A stretch of DNA of 64,000 nucleotides, taken from the NCBI GenBank assembly GCA_050273025.1, contig CP158635.1:10168001-10232000 (forward strand), written 5' to 3'. The position numbers were made by a program, and so were the translations under genes. A model generated the notes under the pieces. That model was not told the DNA's origin. It did not search any database and was given only the letters and a program-made list of their open reading frames with translations. This document shows, piece after piece, positions 50,801 to 59,300 of this stretch (positions are counted from its first letter, which is position 1; the number at the start of each line of letters is the position of its first letter). This stretch comes from Cenococcum geophilum. Its lineage: Eukaryota.

Positions 50801-51459
50801 TCAAATGTGTACGATGCGAGCTGCAAGACTCGGCTCGATGGAAGGATGCGCGCTCTTTCGGCGTGCCGTATCGAGCCACTGCAGAAGGCTTGGTGTTCAA
50901 TTAAACAGCCTTTAGGTGTTCCGGTGCTGCCAGAAGTGAAAATAATATACAAAAGATTAGATGGTTTGACCGCAGTTTCGGGTACTGCGTCATGATGCGG
51001 AAGACTCTCCAGGGTATCTCTGCTCAGTGCGAAAGTAGAGGGAAAGTTCGTTTCAAAAAGATGCGCTTGCTGAGGGGAGCAAATAATCACTTTTGCTTCC
51101 ACTTGTGTCGTGATAAACTGCCTCCGGCTTTCCGGGTGTGACGGATCCAAGAAAACTATGGCAGCTCCAGCTTTCAGTACTCCTAGAATACCAACAATTG
51201 CCCATGCCGACTTCTCGAAGCAGAGAGGCACAACGCCTTCAGGCCGAATGCCTAATTCGACCAAGTAATGGGCTAAGCGATTGGATGCCTCGTCCAGTTC
51301 AGCATAAGTAAACGTTGCATCGTGTGCATCGACGGCAACGGCGCCTGGGCGCTGCTTCACTTGCTTGTGAATAAGTTCGTGTGCGCATTTCTCAACACGC
51401 GCTGGAAGTTCATTATTCCACAGCCAAACGGCCGCAGTCGAATCTGTCACGCCGCCCAT
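35815..51459 (-). CDS. Tetramodular non-ribosomal peptide synthetase, A-T-E-C-A-T-C-A-T-C-A-T-E(degenerate)-CT, 5214 aa, intronless
   Basis: Four FTSG(S/T)TG.PKG and four YK(T/S)GDL A-domain cores; four GGDS carrier motifs; E domain HHLMIDLVSW, EGHGRE, TVGWFT; C domains NHAIIDG, HHAIYDG, HHALYDG; terminal SHALQDGMS. Confidence 0.97.
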   Translation of the reverse strand: MGGVTDSTAAVWLWNNELPARVEKCAHELIHKQVKQRPGAVAVDAHDATFTYAELDEASNRLAHYLVELGIRPEGVVPLCFEKSAWAIVGILGVLKAGAAIVFLDPSHPESRRQFITTQVEAKVIICSPQQAHLFETNFPSTFALSRDTLESLPHHDAVPETAVKPSNLLYIIFTSGSTGTPKGCLIEHQAFCSGSIRHAERARILPSSRVLQLASYTFDVSILEILTSLIHGACICTPAMAMMANGPAHIVNEYRITWTFMTPSLVKLMVPSMVPTLETLALGGEPLSKVDVETWAGHVQLVNGYGPSECSIAASGNTEMTPDTDPANIGYPVGGICWVVDADDHDVLLPPNTVGELLIEGPILARGYLKNKEKTDEVFIECPAWGPTTKSGQKRRLYKTGDLAKFLPDGSIYFIGRKDTQVKLRGLRIELGEIEHHIGVHPQVRHRMVILPKTGLFQNRLVALVSLVDFLSESSESVESTVHVLQDMHQEDVQRHLQSIRENLKSNVPEYMVPETWVVLERFPLLISGKLNRSLVSNWILEADNSLYREIVGVDLEDAPAAEESSSIEEHLRSIYSTVLNLPVENISLQKSFLSLGGDSITAMQVMSRCRSAGLAVSVKDILRSKSITELSYCVKSASETAYSTEEKFDVPFDLSPVQRMYFDIAPAEIDDARQTRFNQSFYLKVERPISETSLAKAVELLVVQHSMLRVRFLQDESGKWMQLVPSQVDDSFNFAVHAIETAKDAFPLMAAMQTSLDTQKGPVFAVALFNTSSEGQYLFLVAHHLMIDLVSWRVILRDLEEILTIGLLTSEKPLPFQNWLALQSEHESQATDMSYALPFDIPKPDFDYWGMSSKPNRMCDTQELTFTLDPATTKELLEGTCHSTFNTEPIDLLLASLIYSFSQVFSDRPVPALFREGHGREPWDEDIDISSTVGWFTTMYPLYVGVEEGFGILDFVKRAKDVRRSVPGNGRPYFASRYLNEAGMAKFHDHDHVELSFDYLGLYQQMERSDALLTQVPGYQAIFEDVGKEAPRFALVEITAEVIQGQMQLLFVFNKIMKNQDLLQSWIKNCELCLVDSLQQLQNRRQELTLADFPLLRLSYGDLNNLIYSKLPEIGISNFEQVESIYSCSPMQNGLLISQVRSESQGCYEYNHTLKVETRNPSDILDVETLKMAWGKVVQRHTSLRTVFVESVSQAGLYDQVVLKTINPKIHIQGCQQDEVDQVFDSQDQLAFATGESLHRFTICHVSANVAICKLEINHAIIDGSSIANILGDFIQAYDGRISDRNGFAFEEYIKHVLSRPLSLAIDFWKDYLVDVNPCFFPIMAPWEDASDPQSRLETVTIDVGMTPSDLTDFCTDRNVTLVNIFQLAWGLVLRKYSGSEDVCFGYLSSGRDAPLSGIEEGVGAFITMLVSRMVLDDSVSLSDALEKVADDLTRALPNQHCGLAEIHHALKLGSQPLFNTIISFHRETDREMLTDSSIMVEAIRGYDPTEYALSLDVGVTESRINVALQFWTSQFTRAQAKNIGATLAKAVESTVRGSEISVGKVDLVSAEHLDQLRKITAVYPETTEECIHSAIEAQVLATPDAEAICSYEGSWTYKQVDNQATRLAHYLVTLGVGPEVIVPYCFQKSAWAIISMLAILKAGGAAVALDPGHPVSRLEGLIKQTGSRIILAAPRNVRIFEKTPNVEHVLGVDLEFISKLELGLSHPCPMVKPSNAAFVVFTSGTTGKPKGIILEHFNLRTCCTSMGPVLGFGPETRALQFAAYTFDVSLQDILTTLQTGGAICVISDEERMNDLAGGINSRRANWADLTATVSGLLRPSDVPTLKRLNNGGEPLNRDVVETWADHVELYNLYGPAETTVNQTASTRLSRTSAATNIGPAYGTHVWIVNEHDPNRLVPIGCTGEILIEGPLLARGYLKDPVKTAAAFVEDPDWVSLFPSSVSPRRFYKSGDLGILNTDGSITIVGRRDTQVKINGQRVELDEIMYQVQLLLPEGYQAVIDAISIEEHTKSKTIIAYICSPEFSQLRKGGDQKTIDITDSLRRLLKDLQGSLAKILPFYMIPSIFVPIFNIPFTQSGKMDRTKLRQIASGFSKAQVSHYMLRSASNSQPTTKMEKLFQDLFGQTLSIEAETISRDDNFFGLGGDSVGAMKMVAAARKQNVIIRVSDIFKHPNLHEMAAVAKKSGDQRAARGIEPFSLIQLDTSPLGKVVAEAAAQCNVSPEDIEDMYPTSALQEGLMALGMRKTGAYVAQKVFQFPRDFDLSHFRSAWAKVIEKEAILRTRIVHTPSSGTLQVVHKRPFSWQEASDLEAYLTADKASTFQYGEALMRLAIVGESKPEVYFVWTAHHAIYDGWSVSLLFEKVAQAYRDEMITSSTPFKTFIGRLGEVPQSACIDFWKTQFESQGSFPTSFPVVGLGYAAASKRTITHQGSATDTPSNIMPSTIKRAAWVMTLATYADSENVIFASTLSGRNLSLPGIDTMMGPTITTVPVRVSLSRSGITIRQFLEAVQTQSISSIEYEHFGLQNIRDVSLEARTAVDSITNLFVLQPSGNDDESFLGMDPLPILEENFDTYPLVVICNLRNDGGFNVEAMYDEDVISTDQMTRMLHQYEHFVQMLSGDFDRPIEELSFLNRYDLKDITTWNAVLPDSINARIPDLVLRNVATRPQAEAISAWDGNVTYQELDALSSKLANHLVSLGVGPEAKVGLCFDKSMWNIISMFAVMRTGGVCVQLLPTYPMPRMLSILEDIEASVVLVSPQHANLFDGIVPNVLSIEPSFLNSLPQDYSSFDAPQYSPENAAFIVFTSGSTGKPKGVIIEHRGFCTMAHYQLPHILLNSDSRVLQFATHTFDICLFESFAPLVSGACVCVPSEYDRMNNLVSAINTLNVDWIIMVSTVADTFHPDDVPGLKSIILGGEPLRADIHARWASRVNLFNDYGPAECSILAVMTRSTLDTPPSMIGKGQGCRTWVADKNDSDRLVPIGCIGELLVEGPLLARGYLKNPEKTAESYIDSPSWASSIRPRPTKLYKTGDLVRYTNDGDMLCLGRKDTQIKIRGLRVELGEIEHHVKTSSFGAQKQAVEKILLGGDVEKAALAAFVVPSPDDINNDRGEVLALSVNLNSKFLQLRDFIGRSLQAYMVPSLYIPLPRMPETQTGKIDRNTLRRIGAALTLEQIEVYSLGNGEDAASKRAPSTPVEIALQSLWAQILNVDPASIGADDSFFNKGGDSIKAMRLTSMARSQGFKLIVADIFKNPALCDMAAAAILEDGTVSINALLPPFKLASADGDGNVDTLIEDAATQCAVEKDMIEDIYPCTPLQEGLMELATQHESAYTAQRVFRIQEDINIQRFKDAWARLVALHPILRTRIILPKASGAMQVVLKESVSWQHEAPLSEYLASDKLVSIKYGSPLARYALDSENNYFIWTVHHALYDGHSANLLMEQLEALYNGSQVGVAPGYNQFIKLLKEIDAEECRAFWTKQLGQGTPNSFPALPSATYQPSPDCEVTKTIEIARDANQGFMLSTILRAAWAIVTGRYMSSEDVAFAATLSGRNAPIQGIESIIGPTITTVPIQLQVNSTSTVADFLSRVQQQATDMIPFEHAGIQNIYAMAGDKLNLKNLFVIQQPLGDLQKCELLDEVLDKSLLRGFHTYAVVVECVVMSESKIDIELHFDHKALPEASARRVMDQFEHVVHQLNSVSSSTILKDIGLVNPKELQQVVEWNNMVDIQDVENCVHHIFQEQAKIQPDAEAVSSWDGCLTYRQLDRLSDKLAVYLAEKGVKPEYLVPMCFDKSMWTIVAMMSVLKAGGACVHLGRTAPIARMTQIIQETGATIILTDKVHAHQFNGVAEAVVIEPDLLARLSLATPLPQVSPTNPAFVLFTSGSTGKPKGVVVEHGSLCTSSRAHGTNRKIGPHTRLLQFAAYTFDVSVADIFTTLQRGGCICIPSEDERINDLAGAINRMNVNYGFLTPTVAGMLDPKTVPTLKTLILGGELLTQDNVQTWAPVVRLIISYGMTECSIHCVDAVPLTLESDPANLGRPSGCLMWIVDPDDHNKLAPIGCVGELVIEGRMVSRGYLNDKGKTDAAFITNPAWAREAGAARRMYKTGDLVRYSAEGEICYISRKDFQVKHHGQRIELSEIEHHLVADTRVKHAVALLPKSGYLQKRLITVLSLESSALPLSPESQLALVSGLDKGVADVQIALVRNNLATIVPEYMVPALWVVVRALPLTPNGKMDRVTTLKWVEEMEEHIYESIAAGDTEESSWAAPATVQQKRLQELLIDVLGLPGINMNRSFLDLGGDSIAAMQLRAKCQAAGISLTVRDILTCESISHLAIEATFLSEEGAAFEEIVDKSFPLTAWQQACIESFTTDSTQTHNQTLLLRLASSTTVPKLVRAIEALIQQHSMLRARFTRDSKGQWNQVITKELTASYKFEAHALSTDSDIKAFLSKLEAELDIEKGPLFAIHLFNLTEQPDQQVMTVTIHPLIADITSMNIIVQDLQDLLHNDIISSNKALPFQAWLLADGTSADNEATNTPIDLTSWGITDPAQIMASMVEKSFTLPSKTTDLLLGASNHALSTQPMDVILAVLARAWNTVFGVRSCSSLSIKEDRRSSRTVGQFNRIRQLPKSNSEDFIQVLSEFKDARAQNDASLSLTQPLPGCVEMLLEYSDYSISRANEEIIQRPQLGEPPAVLNVSAIVANGELTIKFTHSGQLAHQDSLSRLVEITEQSIPDLTRTLATMARKPTLSDFPLLPMEYSQLAILERSLHEIRVPFSNVEAIVPCTPLQQHMLVSQRLTPGTYQSDTAHKITSPSDNGAVDIAQIRDAWRMVTTRHEALRTVFIPSIVRPAEFDQIVLKSYIPTVDVIKCEESSVNEIIEQHTTVSHSSFKPHVGFTIFQTPSALYCKLEISHALQDGMSTRTIYQDLVLAYQGLLPEGPAPGFREYVSWLASQDMTPSSEFWNTYLSDSKSCHIPQSGSKGDSKGENRLVPIEVAVSAADITQLCRKHQLTPATLFQAAWILVLRAFTGSDDVLFGYLTANRELDIAGVDEIVGPMINMLACRMNVPLDNGTENSMTTYDLLKNTQASFLETLPYQHGLVAAASAKEQKDGILPWNSVLSIEYASEESGNGYYPSNTSASTGASRLGFDTLYGTRAPEFDVVLGVLLGEKSLELQLGYWDGCMDEKMMKEIVKMYREIVEEWVRMEDLNMGITQLAALTRV

Positions 51460-53216
51460 TATTGGAGACTTAGGGTAGAGGTTTGTGGAATCGGGGCGTT
51501 GGTAGTAGTAGAGCTGGCTTTGTGAGTAAAGAGTTCATTATTCTAAAAGGTGTTTCCAAAAGATGTTGGACCTACATGTGGGGTATCTTCGACGTCACTT
51601 CTAGTACTGATAGATTAGAGATGTGTTAAATATTAGGCGTACTTTCGTAGCGGGAGATCTATGATCTATGATAATTGTTCTATTATTATTGAAGGAATTG
51701 AGGCAGGATTGAGAGACAATAAGATAAGCTTAAAGCTTGTGGAAAGAATGCCGAGCCGTTATGGGATCGCAAATTGTGACGATGAGGAATAGTAGAATTC
51801 AAAAAAGAATTCCTCCAACATTAAGCTATACCTGTTCCTAGCATCCGTGAGCCGAAGAAGCCGGAAATAGAACACCGGGCCATCGGCACGGTGTGTAGAG
51901 AGGCGGTGGTAAGCATTAGGTCAAGCAAGGTTATCAACGATACATCAAAAGGAGGACCATTAAGCTCTAAGACGCACGGGTTGAGGCTGAATCGCATATT
52001 CCCCAGGCACGGAGTGAGACAGTCTGGGGGGCTGAAGGTTGTGCATGTAAGCACTACCATCGTGATACTTGTGAGCAGATCGCTCCGATGCAGCGTCTAA
52101 GCGCGTGGAAGGATAGGGCGCAGGCGAGACTAAGAACGAGTTTAATAATTAGACAATGCAAGCCCTTGCTGACGATCCCCGATAAAGTGAGGTGTGGTGG
52201 TGGCGATGCGAACGTGTGCCCGCCCAAGAGGTCAAGTTGGCGGAGATTTTTAGAGCAGGGCTTATCTGTGCGCACAGGTCGGTTTTCTTATCTGGCGGTA
52301 AAGCATGAGGTAGGTCCAGCCTTGGCGCTGACCGTGAGTAAAATTACCTATTACCGCTATGGTTATATTTGACTCCACAGGGCTAAAATAACACGCTATT
52401 TATAGTCGGTCCCTTTTTCGGTCTGGGCCACCCGACAATGCTGGGCAACGGACGTGCTTGAGCCGCCCACAACGCGTCTGCATGTCAACTCAACTCCACC
52501 TTTCTTGTCGACCTTCAAAGACCAATCTTGGCTACAAGGGGGTTAGAAGGACCGGGCAGACCCCTGCTAGTACGCTAGCAAAATAAGACAACCCATCTAT
52601 TTTGCTAAGGGCTCGCTTATTTTAAAATCGCATCTAGGCACTAGCAGGGAGCGCATTCGCACAGCGCTGCTGTGCAAGAGCGGAGAGGCGGACGAATGGT
52701 CACGTCTATTGGTAAGCAGTAATTCTGAAACTCGAATTCTACCTCCAATGAATGGCATGGACGATAAGGTTTTTGAAACTCGACGTCCGCCCCTCATGAA
52801 TGTCATACAAATTCAAGTGTGACATGGCACAACAGCCTAAAACCCCTACTGCGCCGCATTGCGCTGCTCAGCCCAGTTAAGTGCACCATCCATAACAACG
52901 CCAAAGATAGGGTCCCACCATCGACCGTTGCAGATGTCAGACCTGCGCCTCTTGCATCTCTAAATTGCCTTTCTCTTACGTAAGGTCTTTTCTTTCTGAC
53001 CCACGACCACCAATTCCCTTTCTGCGAAATTAGATAACTACTTTGGTCTGCTCATCGAAAGCAGGAAGTTATTTGGCCACTTCTCTTTCAGTCAAAACAC
53101 AAACTCCTAGTCTCGTTGTATCAATTGCTTGCTTCGACCTTTAGACCTTCGACGAGTAACAGCTTTTCTACCTTCTCTCGGCCTCGAGTCGCTCATTTGA
53201 GCAACATACTATCATC
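51460..53216. promoter_or_regulatory. Divergent intergenic region shared by the NRPS and RTA1-like genes
   Basis: Head-to-head ATGs 1.76 kb apart. CGG/CCG triplets and two CTTATCT (GATA) sites cluster around 52240-52420. Confidence 0.5.
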
Positions 53217-54396
53217 ATGACTGTCGATAAAAATGGCATCGATCCAAACCACCTTAACCTCACAACCACCAATACGACCCTCATTGCCATGCAGCGGAAG
53301 TACTGCGAATTAGGCGAGTGTCCAATCTCATGGGCGACAATTTCGTATATTCCGAATCTTGGTGGCAATGTTGTCTACATGATCTGCTTTCTGGTGCTTC
53401 TGGGCATCCAAATATTCTTTGGTGTCCGTCACAAGACATGGGCGTTTATGGTTTGCATGATCTTTGGCATACTCCTCGAGATTATTGGATACGTTGGCCG
53501 CATCCTATTACACAACAATCCTTTCATTATGAACAATTTCTTGATGTAAGTTCAAGTTTATCCAGCATTCCTTTGGAATTTTGTGGTAGCTAATCTGGTC
53601 AATCTCCAGATACTTGATCTGCCTTACAATTGGCCCTGCATTCTTAACCGCATGCATCTATCTATGCCTCAGCCGAGTCATAACCGTCATTGGCTCCGAG
53701 TACTCCCGTCTTAGGCCAAAGACCTATACCAAGGTCTTCGTCGGCTCCGATCTACTTGCGTTGATCTTGCAAGCAGTGGGAGGTGCATTGGCCTCAACTG
53801 CCAAAGACAGTGCCGGCTCAACCACGGGAAAGAACGTCATGGTCGCTGGTTTGGTCTCGCAAGTGATTTCCATGCTCTTGTTCATGATTCTCTGGGCGGA
53901 CTTCGCCTTGCGAGTACGTAAAGCACGATCATCAGGGACGCTTGCGCGCACACAGCCTCCGCTCTACCATTCTCTCCGCGAGTCGAGAATGTTTACTGCC
54001 TTTCAGTGGAGTGAGTCAATCCTATCTCCAGTGTCCTGGAAATGCTGGTTTCTGTCAGACTAGCAAGCATGGAAACTGATACTAATGATTACTACCGTAG
54101 GTCTTGCAATTTCGACACTCCTGATCTTTGTGCGATCAGTATATCGTGTGGCAGAGCTCTCGGAAGGCTTCAGTGGAGCCATCGCCAACCAAGAGGCCCC
54201 TTTCATGATCTTTGAAGGCCCAATGATCATCATCGCCGTGGCTCTAATTACCTGGTTCCACCCCGGACGCGTCTTTAATGAACTGTGGGTCCCAGCTGGG
54301 CTGGGTATACGATCACACAAGGCCGACCAAACGATAGATTTGTTAGAGGGTGAAGGGTTGAAGCACAACGCGAGAGTATACGGCCAACAAGTGTAA
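53217..54396 (+). CDS. RTA1/RSB1-family lipid-translocating exporter (multi-TM); introns 53546-53609 and 54011-54100
   Basis: Y.PNLGGN, GILLEIIGYVGR, CLTIGPAFLTACIYLCLSR, FVGSDLLALILQAVGG, LIFVRSVYRVAELSEGFSG..NQEAPFMIFEG, WFHPG are the RTA1-family motifs. Confidence 0.93.
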
Positions 54397-56303
54397 GCCA
54401 CGGCGCGAGGGGACTGATGCAAGTGGCCAGCAAAACAACACTGTGCTTGCTCGCCGATTGAGAAATCTACTACTTCCGAGTTCTGTTCGGGATACAAGAA
54501 AAGGACCGGCCATTGTCTTTCCCACGGCTTACGCTTTGCGTGTTAGGGCAAAGGTGGCTGGAAAAGTTCTTCGAATGAGTAATAGACGCATTGGCCACAT
54601 GTGAAGCGGTCGTTTTGGCGTTATGGGTTTTTCTAGGTTTGTAACGGAGCTCTCATTTGATAATTATTTTATTTGTTCCTTTTTTCACATCGGGTTTTTA
54701 CTTATGGTTGCGGAGGTATATATATCGTACGATAGCTAGATAGCTCATGTTTAGACTGAATGGCAAAAGAGAATGTCCATATTCACTTGCTTTAGCTCAG
54801 GCCCACCAAGAACAATATCGTCATTCTTACTTCATTCTCATTTCACTCTTGCTTTATTCTTATTTTTACTCTTATTTTGTTTTTGTTTTTGTTTTACTTT
54901 CTTCCTTTGGTTCTTGCGCTCCCCGTTGACTCAGCCACGGCCTGCGTGTTGCACAGGCGAGGTCTGTAAAGCAGCGGGCGTTGGTCTCCGTTGCGCACTC
55001 CCTAGAAGCGGAAACCGTCCCGTCAATCGTCGTTACCGCTTCCTCCGCTCGTGACCTGCCAAATTTCATGGTCTCAATCAAAATTGTTCAGAGCTCCGGG
55101 CGTCGAAGTTCAGCCTACGGATGTTGGTTGGTAGTGCATATTTGCAAGAAAGTTTGGGAAATAGTCGCAAGCAGGGATTTGGAATTGGGAGATTGGAAGG
55201 GACAATCGCAGACGGAGGCAGGGTTGCACCACAGCGTTTTAGAGCAGGGGTGCGCACAGTGGAGACCCAAGGTCGAAGGATCGTGGCACAGTAGCGTTCA
55301 GCATTCTATAAAGTGCTGACTCATTTCTAAGGATGGGTTGATGCATGCAAGCGCATGTAAGATCTTCGCTCAGCCCCTGTTAATTGCAGAGCCACGTGTG
55401 AGGTGGAAGGGTATGCTTTGCCAATCATAAAATCACGTATTTAAATATAACGTACAGTCGCTTCGGAAAAGGATGGGTTTATGTCAGAAACCATGATCAA
55501 CCACAGAAATTTACCGAATCCTCACCTGTTTAAACCACTTTTCTATACCCGCGCATGACACCACCCATCCTCTATACTAATATATCGCCGTTACCTATTT
55601 TTTAAAGCTATTTAAAGCCTATATTTTTACCTATTATAGTTAGCGCTATAGCACATAGGAGGAGAGCTAAAGCACCTAAGAATACTACAAAGAATACTTC
55701 TAAAGCGCCTTAAGAAGTAGACCTTACTGTTAAATCTGCACTAATGCCTTCTACTACTATAGAAAAGTCTAAAGGCTCTTAAACCTTTCTTTTAAGTATA
55801 GCTGTATACGCTAATAGCATAATGCTATCTAGTAATATTCTACCTATTTTGTTCGGAGTTTTTAAATTCTAGGAGTTTATTGCTAAAAATATATATTAAG
55901 CCAGCAAATATTACGGCCTTTATTCTTTCTAGCTTAATTAATTAATTACTGTTATTATATTAAGTCTAAAGAATCCTATAATACCTAAAGAAGTTAATAA
56001 CGTAGATAAATAGCATAAAGTAGAGGGAATAATAGAGACACAATTAAAGTACGCAAGGAAGGCTTTTTAGGTTAATCTTATAGTTAGATATAAGACCGCT
56101 ACTACGGCTATTAACGCGTCTACTAAAGCTAGAGATGCTAAAATCGCTATGGCTGTTAATGCGGCTGTTAATACGTGTGTTAAGGCAGCGCTTTAAGCAG
56201 CAGGTTTTCCAACTAAAGTAGCGGCCGGTAAGAAAGTAGGGTTCTTTAGTAAGGATCACAAAGGTATAATAGAGGAAGTTATTAGCAAAAAGAAGAGATT
56301 AAC

Positions 56304-59300
56304 TATTGATATGACTTTTATAACGTGCAGAATATATATATTACAATAATATGTACTATGCGGTGTTATAGATGGATGATTAATTCTCTAAGATCTACGC
56401 GTCGCGAGAGGTAAGGCTTGTCGCGTGTTCTCCTGTGACCTCTGTCAACCAATTACGATTTTCTATGCCCGGTATGGAAAATTGCCATTGGCTTGCTTAC
56501 CACTAGCGCCTTAGCCGCCCTTATGATGTATCTAATACTTCTAGCTACACTAGGAATACTTTAAAAAACGTAAAGATTTGGTATTTTATAACTATATAAT
56601 TCAAAAATCTATATATATACTTCTCCTTCCTTCCTTACTATTATAGTATAGGTTGTAATAGTACTAGGTAGTATTATAGGTGTAGGCAGATTGCTATAGG
56701 TTGCCGTAGATTACCGTAGATTACGGTTACGTAACACAGAGATTATATATACCCTCTTTACTATATTTACACGTTAATTAACTAGGTTACTAACATAGTA
56801 CGTTTTACCTATTCTACTATCTTTAACTTAATTTGGTTTGTGTTAATAAGTTACTTAAGGGCTAATAATAGTTTGCTTTTAGTTATAGCGTCTATAGAAT
56901 TACTATCTCTGTTAATCTATTTAACTTCTGCTATTTCGCGTCTTTTATATAACTGGCGTAGGCATATAATATTAATTATAAGTCTCTTCTCTTATGTAGT
57001 TCCTAGTTTAATAAGGTATTTATAAATTAACTTAGAATCGGTGTAAAGAATAAGTAGGAGGCTAATATTAAGTTGTAATTTAATTGTGGCCTTAATTACA
57101 GCGCCGATATTAAAACTATAGGCCATAGTATATAATTCGGAGGCTAGTACGCTTCTAGTAATTCTCTTACACTTAACTAAGGACTAGTGGACAATATTCG
57201 CCTTATTTAATAAGTCTGCTAGTACTAGGATATATCCAATCTATAATAAGAGGTTTTTATTATTTGTGAATAAGAAATTAGTAAATATAAGTAGTTAAAG
57301 TGTCTTTATGTTAAGCTTAATAAAGCTTAAGCCTCTTATTAAGTTCTTAATTTGCCACTAAATTTTCTTATTAAGTAGTTTTACGTCTTTCTCGTTAGGG
57401 TTAATTACCTAGGCAGCGTAGGATAAATTAAAAGAAGCTTTAGGCTGGCATACGGACGCAATATAAGCTCCTCTTACTCGTTGGGCGATATATTAGTCCT
57501 TAGGTATAAATACTGTGCAAATAGTGCCTTTGGAACTAGTTATTATAGTAGCTTCCTTAATATTAATAAGGGTTAAGTTTTAGTATTGGCGCTCTTATAT
57601 AAGCGTAATTATATAATCCTATTATTAGATAATGCCTCCGTTAAACTTAATTGGGTATTCCGGTGTAAGTTACTCGCGTTCTTTAATTAGGAACTTAGCT
57701 TTCTTAATCTTCTCCTATTCCGAAGCTATAAAAACTAAGTTAGCTAGTAGGAGGGTATTATTAGTCTATAAACCAACTATTCCAAAACTTATAGTATTAT
57801 TAAGGTAAAGTAGGCAGGGGTTATAAGTAGATTAGCTTATATTTAGTTCTTTAATATAGTAGTTATGGTAAGTCTTAAACTAATAATTGCCTGCCTTAGG
57901 AATGCCGTATAAAGGTCTAACAACCTTTAAAATTGTGCCTTGTAAGACTCTAAGTGCTATACTAAGTTTAAGAGGTGCTTTAATATAAAAGTCTTGGTTT
58001 AGTTTTATAGTTAATTATATATAGGCCTATAAAATATCTCGTAAGTAGAGATATATACCATTGTTCTAAGTTATAGCTATAATGTAAAGAATAAGGCGTT
58101 AGCTAACTCGTTAAATTATAGGTAATTAGGTTAGTATGAGGTCTTTCTTTAGGTCGTTATAGGCCTATATAACTAGTCTTAACTTCTTAAAGGCTTTATT
58201 AGTGCCGGGGTTCTTAATCTCGTTAACAAATCTAGAGTTAAATACTCTATTACCTTATAGTATATCCTTAGGGTTAACTAATTTAAAAACTCCTTTCTTA
58301 AGCAATCCCTTAATCTCCTTTTGGCGTAATACTATAAACTAATTAAGATTTATAAGTTGATTATTATCCTTATCCTATAGATAAATTAAGATATTTACGG
58401 TATTTACTTTAATAGGGTACTTATGTAGTTTACCTCTTTTGCGTTTAACGGGTTAAGGTCTAAGCTTAGTTTAAGGTTAAGGTTTAGGCTTAGTTTAAGG
58501 TAAAGGTAGTTTAATATCGTCATTTTCTAGTTGCGTATCTTCTATAATTTTGGGGGGGTCTACTATATATAGTTTAACAACTATACTATGGAAGTTAGTA
58601 GGTTTATAGGGAAGTTATATAGTATAGGTCTTATTTTTAATACTAAGTAGGTTATATAGACTAGACCAGTAGCCGGGTTAGCCTATAGGTCCTTCTCTCT
58701 ATACTAATATAGGTAAGTTAAGCGGTAGGTTATAAATTGCGGTTATTTTAGGTCCGTTACGTATATTAAGGGCATCTACTACTTAGCGCTTAGCTCTAAG
58801 CTTCTTAACTTCTTCTATAGCCTTTTTAAGAGCTACTGCTCGTTTTATAACCGTAGGATTGGGTGCGTTGGATTTTACTATATATAGGTAAGCTCCGAAT
58901 ACTAATAAGGTAGGTATAAGACCACTAGGGCCTATAGAGTCGTTAATTGCTTTAAAAGCCATTTATAAAGCTATATCTTTATTAATGTCCGGTAGTTCCG
59001 TAATAATAATGTGGTATATATAACGGAGGGGGCTATAGTAACGTTCTACTATTCTAACTAAATTGTAGGCTTTAATAGGTACGCCTTTTGTAACTGTTCC
59101 GAGTATTATAGCGTATTATTTAAATTCTTTGCTTACGAAGTTCTTACCTATATTATGTGTAATAATATTAGGGGGTCCTAGGTATATGTTAATCTAGTAT
59201 ATTTATAGTATATCCCATATATACTTAGCGCTAATACTTTACAGCTATCTGCCGGCTTAAAATCATGTTCCTTTATTAACAATATATAGTAGAGGTATGC

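Noticed and set aside
36389..50995. Many short ORFs overlapping the NRPS (and similar ones overlapping EF-2, RBM26-like and ERG5)
   Set aside because: Shadow ORFs from codon bias on alternate frames and the antisense strand.
35815..51459. Naming the NRPS as HTS1, APS1 or another known synthetase
   Set aside because: Size and module count are similar, but accessory genes are missing and identity cannot be established without a search.
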